Below the pieces are notes generated by a model. The model worked only from the letters and a program-made list of their open reading frames with translations. It was not told where the DNA came from and did not search any database. From an uncultured Bacteroidota bacterium (lineage in GTDB: Bacteria; Bacteroidota; Bacteroidia; Flavobacteriales; Flavobacteriaceae): DNA of 64,000 nt. Location: NCBI GenBank assembly GCA_902574335.1, contig CACGNO010000001.1, forward strand, positions 48,009-112,008, read 5' to 3'. Of this stretch, positions 18,739-29,600 are shown piece by piece. The position numbers were made by a program, and so were the translations under genes. Each line of letters begins with the position of its first letter. Position 1 is the stretch's first letter.

Positions 18739-20355
18739 TTAAGAGATATTTTTTAATTTTTTCAGATGGGATTCAGTGGAATGATCATGATTACCAATTT
18801 CACCACTTTCAATTTCTGTTAATAACTTAGAAGCTAGTACTTTACCCAATTCAACACCCCATTGATCAAAACTAAAAATATTCCATATTACACCTTTGGT
18901 AAAAACAATATGTTCGTACATGGATATTAGCATCCCTAAAGATTCAGGATTAAGCTGGTCAATTAAGATAGATGTAGTTGGTTTGTTTCCATCAAATACT
19001 TTAAAATTTGCGTTCTTGTTTATGGTTTCTTCATCCATATTTTTTGACTCCATTTCAGAAACAATTTCATTTAAACTTCTTCCCTTCATCAGTGCTTGCA
19101 TTTGACCAACATAATTTGACATTAACTTATTATGACTGTCTTTGTTTCCATGAAGAGATTTTTTAAAACCTATAAAATCACAAGGAATTAATTTGTCTCC
19201 TTGATGAATTAGTTGGAAAAATGCATGCTGAGTGTTTGTCCCAGTACCTCCCCAAATAATGTTACCAGTACTATAATTAATTCTTTCCCCAGACCTATCA
19301 ATATTTTTTCCGTTACTTTCCATCATAGACTGTTGTAGATAATTTGGAAGTAAATTAAGGTATTCTGTATAAGGGATAATTCCTTGTGTATGTGAACCCA
19401 AAAAATTACTATTCCAAATACCAATTAACGCTAGACAAATCGGAATATTTTTTTCAATTGGAGATTCTTTAAAATGTTTGTCCATTTTCTCAGCACCAAT
19501 TAAAAACTTTTTAAAGTTATCGTATCCAATTGAAATTGAAATAGATAGTCCAACAGAACCCCACATAGAAAATCTTCCACCCACAAAATCATACATTTTA
19601 AAAATATAGTTTTCGTTAATTCCAAAATCCTTTACTGCATCAATATTTGTAGAGATCGCACAAAAATGATTTTGAATTTCTTTGGTATCTAATTTTTTTT
19701 CAATCCATTTTTTAGCAAGATTGGCATTAGTGAGAGTTTCTTGAGTTGTAAATGTTTTAGAAACAACAATAAAAAAAGTAGTCTCTGGATTTAAGGTTTT
19801 TAATACCTCCTCAGTGTGGTCTCCATCAACATTAGAAATAAAATGAATATTTAATGAGTTTTTATAAAACTTTAAAGCTTCAATTGCCATTTTTGGACCT
19901 AAATCAGAACCTCCGATACCAATATTAACAACATCAGTAAATTTTTTACCTGTATAACCCTTAATTGTTCCATCAATAATTTTGGATGAAAAACTTTTAA
20001 TCTTTTCTCTGTCTGCCATGATTGATGAATTTGACGTTTTGAAGTTTCTTAACTCAGTATGAAGCACCGATCTTTCTTCAGTTTCATTTATTTCATCACC
20101 ATTAAATAGCATTTTAATTGAATCAGAAATTTTACATTCTTCAGCAAGTTCAGTAAGAAGATTAAATGTTTTTTCATTTAAAATATTTTTAGAGAAATCA
20201 ACATCAAAACAATCCCATTTAATCGATAAATAATTTAATCTATTACTTTCTTTTGAGAAAAGACTATTTAATGTTTCAGTTGATAAATTATCTTTTTGCT
20301 CAATCAGCTTCTTCCAAGCTTTCGTTTTTGTAGGATTTATCTTGTGAAGTGACAT
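18739..20355 (-). CDS. pgi: Glucose-6-phosphate isomerase
   Basis: 538 aa with NIGIGGSDLGP and the conserved C-terminal catalytic region (FDQWGVELGK). Confidence 0.95.
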   Translation of the reverse strand: MSLHKINPTKTKAWKKLIEQKDNLSTETLNSLFSKESNRLNYLSIKWDCFDVDFSKNILNEKTFNLLTELAEECKISDSIKMLFNGDEINETEERSVLHTELRNFKTSNSSIMADREKIKSFSSKIIDGTIKGYTGKKFTDVVNIGIGGSDLGPKMAIEALKFYKNSLNIHFISNVDGDHTEEVLKTLNPETTFFIVVSKTFTTQETLTNANLAKKWIEKKLDTKEIQNHFCAISTNIDAVKDFGINENYIFKMYDFVGGRFSMWGSVGLSISISIGYDNFKKFLIGAEKMDKHFKESPIEKNIPICLALIGIWNSNFLGSHTQGIIPYTEYLNLLPNYLQQSMMESNGKNIDRSGERINYSTGNIIWGGTGTNTQHAFFQLIHQGDKLIPCDFIGFKKSLHGNKDSHNKLMSNYVGQMQALMKGRSLNEIVSEMESKNMDEETINKNANFKVFDGNKPTTSILIDQLNPESLGMLISMYEHIVFTKGVIWNIFSFDQWGVELGKVLASKLLTEIESGEIGNHDHSTESHLKKLKNIS

Positions 20356-20357
20356 TA

Positions 20358-21602
20358 TTAGGGAATAGTAATTAATTTTTCTTCAAAGTTAAGATTTGAT
20401 TCCATACTATCAAGTTTGATCTTAATTGGCCTCATATATGTAAGATATTTTTGTTTTAATATATCCGAAATTGGTTTAGCCTCAGGAAGTTTTTGCTTTA
20501 AAGGGTCAACTTGTCTTCCATTTTTCCAAAATCTATAGCACACGTGAGGGCCTGATGTAAATCCTGTCATACCAATTTCCCCAATTTTATCTCCTTGCTC
20601 AACATATGTACCTACCTTTAATCCCCTTTTTCTCATGTGTAAATATTGAGTTGAATATGTAGCATTATGACTAACAGTAACATAGTATCCGTTAGCCCTT
20701 GTATATCCTGACTTCACAACTCTACCTGCAGCTGTAGATCTTATTGGCGTTCCAATTGGTGCTGCAAAATCAGTTCCATAATGTGGTTTAACTTTTCCAT
20801 AGTATGCAATTTTTCTTCGTAAATTATATCTCGAGGAGATTCTGCTAAATTGTACGGGTGATAATAAAAAAGCTCTTCTCAAATTTTTTCCTTTGTCATC
20901 AAAATACTCATACATACCTTTTATTGAATCAGTTTGAAATTCAATAGCATAAAAAGGTTTTCCTCTGTGTTCAAAATAAGCATTGTGTATTCGATTTAAA
21001 CCTATATATATTGAATCATCTACGTATTTAGATGTATATAAAATTTTAAAATTATCCCCTTTTTCAAGTCTAAAAAAATCAATATTCCATGCATAAATTT
21101 CAGAAAGTTCATTACTTAGTAAGGGGCTTAGTTTCAATTCTTGCATTGTTTCGGACAATGAGCTTTTAATTGTTCCCATTGCTTCAAATTCAATAAGTTT
21201 TACTTCTTTTTGTTTTTTTTCTGCCCACAGGGAATCTCCTAATGATACAACAATGTAATCTATTGGATTAGGTTGATAAATAAAGACTAAAGGTTTATTT
21301 AATGAATCTTTTGATGATAGTATTGTATAAGGCCTACCAATATTAATTTTCCTTATATCAAAAACCTTCTTAGCTTCTTGAACGATATCATAAATTTTGG
21401 GATAAAATAAATTATTCTTTTCTAGAATTAATCCAAATGAATCACCTGATTCAATTGTGTCTTTTTTTATATTAAAGTTATTCAGAGTATATCCATATTC
21501 CTTTACAACTTTTTCTTTTATAACCTCAATTTTTGTTTCACTATTTTTTTCACCACATGAAAACAAAAAAATCAATATTATAAAGAAAATAAATCTATTC
21601 AT
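20358..21602 (-). CDS. M23-family peptidoglycan metalloendopeptidase
   Basis: HxxxD motif HYGTDFAAPIGTPI. The second motif reads GPHVCY instead of the usual HxH. Confidence 0.85.
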   Translation of the reverse strand: MNRFIFFIILIFLFSCGEKNSETKIEVIKEKVVKEYGYTLNNFNIKKDTIESGDSFGLILEKNNLFYPKIYDIVQEAKKVFDIRKINIGRPYTILSSKDSLNKPLVFIYQPNPIDYIVVSLGDSLWAEKKQKEVKLIEFEAMGTIKSSLSETMQELKLSPLLSNELSEIYAWNIDFFRLEKGDNFKILYTSKYVDDSIYIGLNRIHNAYFEHRGKPFYAIEFQTDSIKGMYEYFDDKGKNLRRAFLLSPVQFSRISSRYNLRRKIAYYGKVKPHYGTDFAAPIGTPIRSTAAGRVVKSGYTRANGYYVTVSHNATYSTQYLHMRKRGLKVGTYVEQGDKIGEIGMTGFTSGPHVCYRFWKNGRQVDPLKQKLPEAKPISDILKQKYLTYMRPIKIKLDSMESNLNFEEKLITIP

Positions 21603-22410
21603 TCACCACAATTTTAAATGGATTGGCAAGCCCTCTAAAAGAAACTAAGTTAGCAACAATTGACCCAACTCTCAAGTCTGCCTTCACTTTAATTGGAACT
21701 CTGTTGTTATCATTGGTTACCCAGATCTTAATACCTTCATTATCTCTGAAAACTCTTCCTGAATCCATGTAAGGCCTTAGCTTCATGCATTCAACAATTC
21801 CGAATTTAGTTTTTATTCTTTCTATACCCAAAAACATCATTTTGAACGGATATATTTCTTTGTCGAAAAAAATGTCTACATAAATCAAATCATTTGGTTT
21901 TAAAGACGCAATATCAAAATGCTTTCTTAGATAATAAAATGTTGAAATAATATCTTGAATATCAGGATGTATATCAAATTCTTTTTTGATATTTTTTAAC
22001 TTATCATAAAATAAAGCCTTATTGTTTTTGTAATCATATATAGTTTCAGCCTCTCTTTCATACCCTCCCTCATAGATGTCTCTTATTGATTTTACAGGTT
22101 TTACTTTTTCTTTTGGAAAAAAAGTTTCATAGATATCATCAACTTTAAAGAATAATCTAGCAAGTCCTGTGGTTCTTCCAATTGAAGTTGCTCTTAATAC
22201 TTTTTTACCATCCAAAACTTCATCCTTTAGAGTTAAGGATGCATAGCTGGCATTAAAAAACCCATAGTTTAATCTATATTCGAGTTTTTCACCTGATTTG
22301 AAAGCGTCGAAATTATAAAGTTGTTTTTCATTTTTATTCTCGTAAACTTCTTGTTGTGATAAACAAAAATTAATAGGTATTAAGCATAAAAGAAACGAAA
22401 TAAGTCTCAT
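21595..22410 (-). CDS. DUF3108-like secreted protein
   Basis: 271 aa with a signal peptide and overall resemblance to the DUF3108 family common in Bacteroidota. Assigned from memory of the family pattern. Confidence 0.6.
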   Translation of the reverse strand: MRLISFLLCLIPINFCLSQQEVYENKNEKQLYNFDAFKSGEKLEYRLNYGFFNASYASLTLKDEVLDGKKVLRATSIGRTTGLARLFFKVDDIYETFFPKEKVKPVKSIRDIYEGGYEREAETIYDYKNNKALFYDKLKNIKKEFDIHPDIQDIISTFYYLRKHFDIASLKPNDLIYVDIFFDKEIYPFKMMFLGIERIKTKFGIVECMKLRPYMDSGRVFRDNEGIKIWVTNDNNRVPIKVKADLRVGSIVANLVSFRGLANPFKIVVNE

Positions 22411-22431
22411 TTTGAATACAAAATTATAAAA

Positions 22432-24261
22432 CTAGTTTTCTCTATCTAAGAAGTCTATTAGTTTTTTTGTTTTACTTTTTCCAATTTCATTTATAATTTC
22501 TTCTTTTCTTACTTTTTTTAATTGCAAAATTGACTTAAACTTTCTGAGTAATTTCAATTTAGTTTTTTCACCAATTCCAGGAATTACATCTAGTTCCGAT
22601 TTGAGAGAATCTTTAGATCGCTTGCTTTTGTGAAAAGTTAAACTAAATCTATGTGCTTCATTTCTTAAATTTTGAATTACTTTTAGAGTTTCTGACTTTT
22701 TGTTCAAGTATAATGGTATAGAATCATTTGGGTAATATAACTCCTCCAGTCTTTTTGCGATTCCAATTATAGGGATTGTTGTATACAATTTTAATTCTTT
22801 TAAACTCTTTACAGCTGAACTTAACTGACCTTTGCCACCATCAATAATGATCAGCTTAGGCAAATCCAATTTTTCATTTAACATCCTTGAATATCTTCTA
22901 TAGACTACCTCCTCCATTGATTTATAATCATTCGGACCGGATACGGTTTTAATGATAAATTTCCTATACATTTTTTTCATAGGTTTTCCGTCTATGAAAA
23001 CGACACATGCAGCAACCGTATTTGTACCCTGAATATTTGAAATATCAAAACATTCTATGTGATTAGGCTCATTATCTAGTTTCAAATCAACTTTCATCTG
23101 ATTCATTATCCTATTCTTGTGTCTCTCAGGATCTAGAATTTGAATCTGCTTGAGCCTTTCTAGTTTGAAAATTTTACAATTTTTTAATGATAATTCTAAT
23201 AGCTTTTTATTATCCCCAGTTTTGGGTACAACAAACTTTACATTTAATTGTGTACTGAGATTATATTGTGATATAATGGTTTTAGATTCAGATTTAAACT
23301 TAACTCTTAGGTTAAAAATCACTAAACTTAGTATATCAATATCATCTTCATCTAAGGTCTTTTTAATTTCTTGATTGTGAAATCTTATAACCCTTCCATA
23401 TGCTATTTGCAGGTAATTAATGTAAGCATTTTCAGAATCAGAAATAATTGTAAATACATCAATGTTATTAAGTTTTTTACTTACCACTGTTGATCGAGAC
23501 TGGTAGTTTTCTAATACTTCAATTTTTTCTTTTATATTTTGAGCTCTTTCAAATTTCATATCATTCGAATGAGTATACATTTCTTCCTTTAATATTTTCT
23601 TCACCGTCTTAAACTTTCCATTTAAAATTTCTCTTACCAAAACAATATTCTGATCATAAGTGTTTTCTGAAAGTAGACTTTCACTAACTTTTTTATCTCC
23701 ACTTTCATGAAAACCAATTATAATTGAGTGTTCATTTTTTTTAAAAACTTTTAAGAATAACTCTTTCTTACTGTTTTTTATTTGTCTATCTGAAAAATTA
23801 TAATTACCGTTTCTTATAGGGTATAATGTTCTGATTATATTAAGTAGGACATTTATTACTTTGATATTGGTGTAAGGTCCATAATATTCTGAACCATCTT
23901 TAATTAATTTTCTAGTTAAAAAAACCCTAGGAAATCTTTCATTTTTTATGCAAATCCAAGGGTAGGTTTTATCATCTCTAAGTAATATGTTGTATTTAGG
24001 TTGATTTTTTTTAATTAGTGAGTTTTCAAGAAGAAGAGCATCGGATTCAGACTGAACAACAACATGCTCAATACTATCAATATTTTTAACCAGATTTATG
24101 GTTTTTCGAGATTTTATATTTTTTTGAAAATATGATTTTACCCTTTTTTTAAGATTAATTGCTTTTCCAACATATATAATTTTTTTATCCTTATTTAAAA
24201 ACTGATAAACACCTGGCAATTCAGGGATTATTTTAAGCATTAATTTAGATGTATCAGACAC
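22432..24261 (-). CDS. uvrC: Excinuclease ABC subunit C
   Basis: GIY-YIG N-terminus (GVYQFLNKDKKIIYVGKAINLKKRVKSYF), 609 aa, C-terminal helix-hairpin-helix (IPGIGEKTKLKLL). Confidence 0.95.
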   Translation of the reverse strand: MSDTSKLMLKIIPELPGVYQFLNKDKKIIYVGKAINLKKRVKSYFQKNIKSRKTINLVKNIDSIEHVVVQSESDALLLENSLIKKNQPKYNILLRDDKTYPWICIKNERFPRVFLTRKLIKDGSEYYGPYTNIKVINVLLNIIRTLYPIRNGNYNFSDRQIKNSKKELFLKVFKKNEHSIIIGFHESGDKKVSESLLSENTYDQNIVLVREILNGKFKTVKKILKEEMYTHSNDMKFERAQNIKEKIEVLENYQSRSTVVSKKLNNIDVFTIISDSENAYINYLQIAYGRVIRFHNQEIKKTLDEDDIDILSLVIFNLRVKFKSESKTIISQYNLSTQLNVKFVVPKTGDNKKLLELSLKNCKIFKLERLKQIQILDPERHKNRIMNQMKVDLKLDNEPNHIECFDISNIQGTNTVAACVVFIDGKPMKKMYRKFIIKTVSGPNDYKSMEEVVYRRYSRMLNEKLDLPKLIIIDGGKGQLSSAVKSLKELKLYTTIPIIGIAKRLEELYYPNDSIPLYLNKKSETLKVIQNLRNEAHRFSLTFHKSKRSKDSLKSELDVIPGIGEKTKLKLLRKFKSILQLKKVRKEEIINEIGKSKTKKLIDFLDREN

Positions 24262-24300
24262 TTGACTAAAATAATTATTTTATTTGTTTAGATTTAGATA

Positions 24301-24867
24301 ATGGACAAATTTGAAGCCAGAAAAAAATATCGCTCATTAAGAGATAAATTATCAGAAGAAGACTTATTAGATTCAAGTGTAAAAATTGCAAACAATTGTT
24401 TGAATTTAGACATTTGGGGATATCATAATTACCATATTTTTTTATCAATTGAAAAAAATAAAGAAATTTATACAAATCCAATAATAAATATCATTAACGG
24501 AAGACAGAAACAAGTTATAATTTCAAAATCAAATTTTAAAGACTATAGTTTAACTAATTATGTTTTGGATGATGATGTCATTTTAGAATTAAATAAATAT
24601 GGAATACCAGAACCTAAAAATGGAAAAAAGATAAAAAATAATCTTATTGATGTAGTATTTGTCCCTTTGCTTAGTTATGATAAAAAAGGTAGCAGAGTTG
24701 GGTATGGAAAAGGATTTTATGATAGATTTTTAAGTAATTTATCTAAAAAAACTATCAAAATAGGCCTGTCCTTATACGAACCTGAAAATTATATTGAAGG
24801 AATTGATGAGAGTGACATAAAAATAGACTACTGCGTAACGCCAAACAAGATTTTTAGTTTTCTTTAA
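24301..24867 (+). CDS. 5-formyltetrahydrofolate cyclo-ligase
   Basis: 188 aa with the motif RVGYGKGFYDRFL. Confidence 0.85.
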   Translation: MDKFEARKKYRSLRDKLSEEDLLDSSVKIANNCLNLDIWGYHNYHIFLSIEKNKEIYTNPIINIINGRQKQVIISKSNFKDYSLTNYVLDDDVILELNKYGIPEPKNGKKIKNNLIDVVFVPLLSYDKKGSRVGYGKGFYDRFLSNLSKKTIKIGLSLYEPENYIEGIDESDIKIDYCVTPNKIFSFL

Positions 24868-25510
24868 AGAAAGTTTTATTAAAAATAATCATCATAAAAA
24901 TTCCAATAGAAATTGCGGAATCAGCAATGTTAAAAACAGGCTCAAAGAATGTAAATTCATTTCCACCAATAAAAGGTAAAAATGATGGCCATGTCCAAGT
25001 AAACAAGGGAAATTGGAACATATCTACAACATTTCCATAAAAAATAGAACTATATCCATTTCCTGGTGAGAAGGAAGCTATTTGAAAATAACTTTCAGTA
25101 AAAAAATAGCCATAAAATACTGAGTCAATAACGTTTCCTATAGCTCCTGCTAATATTAGTGAAAGGGATATACTAAATAATTTACTAGAGTTATCCTCAA
25201 TTGTTTTTTTAAGCCAGTAAAAAATGAAGCCAATCGCAACGATTCTAAATAGAGTAAGAAATAATTTTCCATTCTCTTCACTAATAAATGGTATAAAATC
25301 GCTTATTTGAGCTCCCCAAGCCATACCTTTATTTTCAATAAATAAAAGCTTAAACCAACCCATGTCAAATATTGGATCTTGTCCATAAATTGTAAGAGGA
25401 AAATTTAATTTAACATATACTTTGAGAAATTGGTCACAAAATAAAATGAAAGCGACTATAGCTAAACATTTATAAAAACTAATCTTTTGACTTTTCATTA
25501 GTGCTTTCAA
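24854..25510 (-). CDS. lspA: Lipoprotein signal peptidase (signal peptidase II)
   Basis: ENKGMAWG, VVDMF and FNIADSAISIG motifs, with 4 TM segments. Confidence 0.85.
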   Translation of the reverse strand: MKALMKSQKISFYKCLAIVAFILFCDQFLKVYVKLNFPLTIYGQDPIFDMGWFKLLFIENKGMAWGAQISDFIPFISEENGKLFLTLFRIVAIGFIFYWLKKTIEDNSSKLFSISLSLILAGAIGNVIDSVFYGYFFTESYFQIASFSPGNGYSSIFYGNVVDMFQFPLFTWTWPSFLPFIGGNEFTFFEPVFNIADSAISIGIFMMIIFNKTFFKEN

Positions 25511-26273
25511 AAATGTGATTAGCGGATTTGGTTATAAAACCATCGAAATTATTATACCTGTATGCAAACTCATAATAACATCCTGGGACTTTGTATAATC
25601 CATCTGAAAATTTTACCTCAATTTCTTTAGACATAATTGATGATTGTTCTAATCCTTGACTTACTGAACCTTTAATTTCTCCTCCAGATGAATTAATATC
25701 AAACCCATTTTCTTTTAAATAAGAATTTAACTGAGTTAAATTCTTAAAGAATGAACAATCAGTTACACTAACCGTAAAGTGGTTTGCTATATAACCCATA
25801 GCAAGAACCCAGGAAGCATAGTCAGATTCAGATTGTATTTCTTTATATGTTTTATAATCAATTGGTGACCACGGAATACCAGATGTCAAAAATTCAGGGT
25901 TGGATATTGAGTTGACTTCGATTTCATCGATTTTATTATTAATTGATTTTTGAAGTTTTTCTGAAAAATTTTCTAGTAAAAGCTCACTAATAAAAATTCT
26001 TGGTAATGTTGGATCTGAATGTAAATAATAAGTTGCTTTGAGTTTTTTTTTAGTGAATGATAAATCCTCAATTGGCTTGTAACCATTTTCTACAAAATAT
26101 CTGGAGAGAACATGTCTGTTAATTTTTTTGTGATTGAAAGTTCTTAAAGCTATGTGATCGTTAATTATAGTCTTGGATTCTTTTTCTTTTATTAAATCCA
26201 ACACCTTATTGATATGTGGATTTAAATCAGAGTAATCTTTCCACATTCTTAAAAGAAAATCATTGATTTTCAT
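25479..26273 (-). CDS. DUF1338 (HglS/YdcJ-like 2-oxoadipate dioxygenase/decarboxylase family) protein
   Basis: 264 aa with the family-typical INDHIALRTF segment and a C-terminal metal-site region. Confidence 0.7.
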   Translation of the reverse strand: MKINDFLLRMWKDYSDLNPHINKVLDLIKEKESKTIINDHIALRTFNHKKINRHVLSRYFVENGYKPIEDLSFTKKKLKATYYLHSDPTLPRIFISELLLENFSEKLQKSINNKIDEIEVNSISNPEFLTSGIPWSPIDYKTYKEIQSESDYASWVLAMGYIANHFTVSVTDCSFFKNLTQLNSYLKENGFDINSSGGEIKGSVSQGLEQSSIMSKEIEVKFSDGLYKVPGCYYEFAYRYNNFDGFITKSANHIFESTNEKSKD

Positions 26274-26284
26274 AGGATCTTTTA

Positions 26285-26671
26285 CTAAGATTGGTTATTT
26301 TTTGCTTCAATACTAAGTGTTGCGTGCGGTACAAGCTTTAATCTTTTTTTGGAGATTAATTTACCAGTAACTCTGCATATCCCGTAAGTTTTATTTTCAA
26401 TTCTGATTAGAGCATTTTTTAAATCTCTTATAAACTTTTCTTGTCTTATTGCAAGTTGTGTATTAGCTTCCTTAGACATTGTTTGTGAACCTTCTTCAAA
26501 TGCTTTAAAAGTGGGAGATGTATCTTCTGTACCATTGTTACCATCATTCATATATGCACTTCTAATGAGCTCTAAATCTCTTTGAGCTTTCACAATTTTT
26601 TCTTCAATTATTTTTTTAAAACTCCCTAAATCTTTATCAGAGTATCTTACAACCAGGTTATCCTTTTTCAT
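26285..26671 (-). CDS. DksA/TraR-family protein lacking the C4 zinc finger
   Basis: 128 aa with a coiled-coil N-terminal part. C-terminus YGICRVTGKLISKKRLKLVPHATLSIEAK aligns with the DksA finger but keeps only one Cys. It sits directly downstream of ileS. Confidence 0.7.
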   Translation of the reverse strand: MKKDNLVVRYSDKDLGSFKKIIEEKIVKAQRDLELIRSAYMNDGNNGTEDTSPTFKAFEEGSQTMSKEANTQLAIRQEKFIRDLKNALIRIENKTYGICRVTGKLISKKRLKLVPHATLSIEAKNNQS

Positions 26672-26672
26672 T

Positions 26673-29600
26673 TTATGTGTTTTTAAAAATTTTTATTTTA
26701 ATATTTAAGTTATCAAATTCAAACTCTTGGGCGTTGACTAAAATTTGTTTGAAATTTAATTCAACAGCTAAAGTTTCATTTTTAATATAGTCAATATTTT
26801 CAAAAATAGCTTTTTCAATTAAATTATTGTTTTCAATTTCTATAATAATTTTATCACTAACATTAAATCCAGAATCTTTTCTGAAATTTTGAATTCTATT
26901 AACTATTTCTCGTGCTATCCCCTCGTTTTTTAATTCTTCATTAATATTTGTATCTAAGGCTATAGTAGTACCATTTTCTGAAACTACTTGCCAGCCTTCG
27001 ATATCTTCGAAATAAATTTCAATATCCTCTAATAAAATTTCAATATTATTTTCAAAAACCAATGCTTTTTCATTTTCAATTTTCTCAATTTCATCTGATT
27101 TTAAATTATTAATTATAGAACTAACAATTTTCAAATCCTTTCCAAACTTCGGACCCAATAATTTAAAATTTGGTTTAGCTTTTTTTACTAAAATTTTAGA
27201 AGAATCTCCAACAAGTTCCACATTTTTAACATTAATTTCAGATTTTATAAACTCAGAAATATCTACTAAGCTTTCTTTTTCCAGTTCATTTCTGTAAGGA
27301 ATAATTATTTTATTTAAAGGTTGTCTAACTTTAATTTTTTCTTTTTTTCTCAATGACAAAGCAAGTGAGCAAATTTCTTGAGATTTTCTAATTTTTGTCT
27401 GTAATTCTTTATTTATTAATGAATCTAAGTAGTTAGGAAAATCAGTTAAATGCACAGATTCATTATTCATAGTTAAATCTTGAAATAAATTATCCATAAA
27501 GAATGGACTTATTGGAGAAGATAAAATTGATACTGTTTTTAAGCATTCTAATAGCGTCTGGAATGCTGCAATTTTATCAGTATTGTATTCACCTTTCCAA
27601 AATCTTCTTCTAGACAATCTAACATACCAATTACTTAGGTTATCTTGAACGAATTTCGAAATAAGCCTGGCTGATTTAGTAGGCTCATAATTTTCATAAG
27701 CATCGTTTACTTCTTTAACAAGTGTGTTTAACTCAGATATAATCCATCTGTCTAGCTCACATCTCTCCTTATAATCAATAATTTTTTCTTCATTTTTAAA
27801 TTCATCAATATTGGCATAAAGACTAAAAAATGAATATATATTATGAAGGGTTCCAAAAAACTTTCTTCTTACCTCTTCAATTCCACTAACATCAAATTTT
27901 AAGTTATCCCATGGATTAGAATTTGAAATCATATACCATCTCGTTGCATCTGGTCCAAACTTATCTAAAGTCTCAAAAGGATCTACTGCATTACCTAGCC
28001 TTTTCGACATTTTTTGTCCATTCTTATCTAAAACTAGACCATTTGAGATAACATTTTTATATGAATTAGAATTGAATACTAATGTTCCTATTACATGTAA
28101 AGTATAAAACCACCCTCGAGTTTGATCAACTCCCTCAGCAATATAATCAGCTGGGAAGAACTTGTTATCATCTATATAATTTTTATTTTCAAAAGGATAA
28201 TGCCATTGCGCATATGGCATTGCACCGGAGTCAAACCAGACATCGATCAAATCACTTTCCCTGAACATTTTCTTTTTTGAATCAGATGTCAAAACTATAT
28301 CATCAATAGTATGTTTATGAAGGTCAATTTTGTCATAGTTTTCATCACTCATGTCCCCAATTTCAAAATCATCAAAAGGATTTGAATTCATATTTCCATT
28401 TTCTACTGAATGATTAATTTCAGTTATTAACTGTTCAATGGATCCAATAACTTTTGTATCTGATCCATCCTCAGATTTCCATATGGGTAGAGGGATTCCC
28501 CAAAATCTTGATCTTGAGAGGTTCCAATCATTTGCATTATTCAGCCAGTTACCGAATCTACCTTCACCAGTTGACTTTGGCTTCCAATTAATTTTATTAT
28601 TCAAGGCAATTAATTCATCTCTTTTTTCGGTTACTTTAATAAACCATGAGTTTAAAGGATAGTATAGAACTGGTTTATCAGTTCTCCAGCAATTTGGATA
28701 ACTGTGAGTATATTTTTCTACTCTAAATGCTTTGTTTTGTTCTTTAAGTTTAATTGCAATTTCAACATCAACTGAACGTTCTGGTGCTTTTCCCTTGTCA
28801 TAATATTCGTTTTTAACAAATTTTCCACCTAAAAACCCTAATTCTTTTACAAATTTTCCCTGGAGATCAACAAGAGGAACAAGATCATCATTTTTATTTT
28901 TAATTAGCATTGGAGGAACTTCTGGTTTAGCATTTCTTGCTGCGATAGCATCATCTGCACCAAATGTTGGTGCGGTATGTACAATACCAGTACCATCCTC
29001 AGTGGTAACAAAATCACCCGCTATCAATCTAAATGCATTTTCTGGACTATCATTTGGAAGAGGAGCATCATCCCAAATTTGATGATATTTCATTCCAATA
29101 ATTTGCTTTCCTGAAAATGTTTCCAATAGCATGTATGGAATTTCTTTATCGTTATTAAAAACTAATTCTTCTTGAGTTTGAACCTCTTTGAAGTTTATTT
29201 TAAAAACTTTAGTTATCAATTCTTTTGCTAATACAACATTTATTGGTTGATGTGTGTATAAATTAAATGTCTTAATTAAACAATATTCAATTTTTTCACC
29301 AACTGTTAATGCTGTATTTGAAGGTAATGTCCATGGCGTTGTAGTCCATGCTAGAACAAAAATTTTAGAATATTTTTTTAAAAAATCAGGGACTGATTCA
29401 TCTATACATTCAAATTGTGCAGTTACAGTTGTATCGGTAATATCTTGATAAGTCCCTGGTTGATTTAGCTCATGTGAGCTAAGTCCCGTTCCAGCTTTAG
29501 GAGAATAGGGCTGTACACTATACCCTTTATATATTAACTTTTTTTCGTGTAAGTCTTTTAATAACCACCAAACAGACTCTATATATTTAGATTTATAGGT

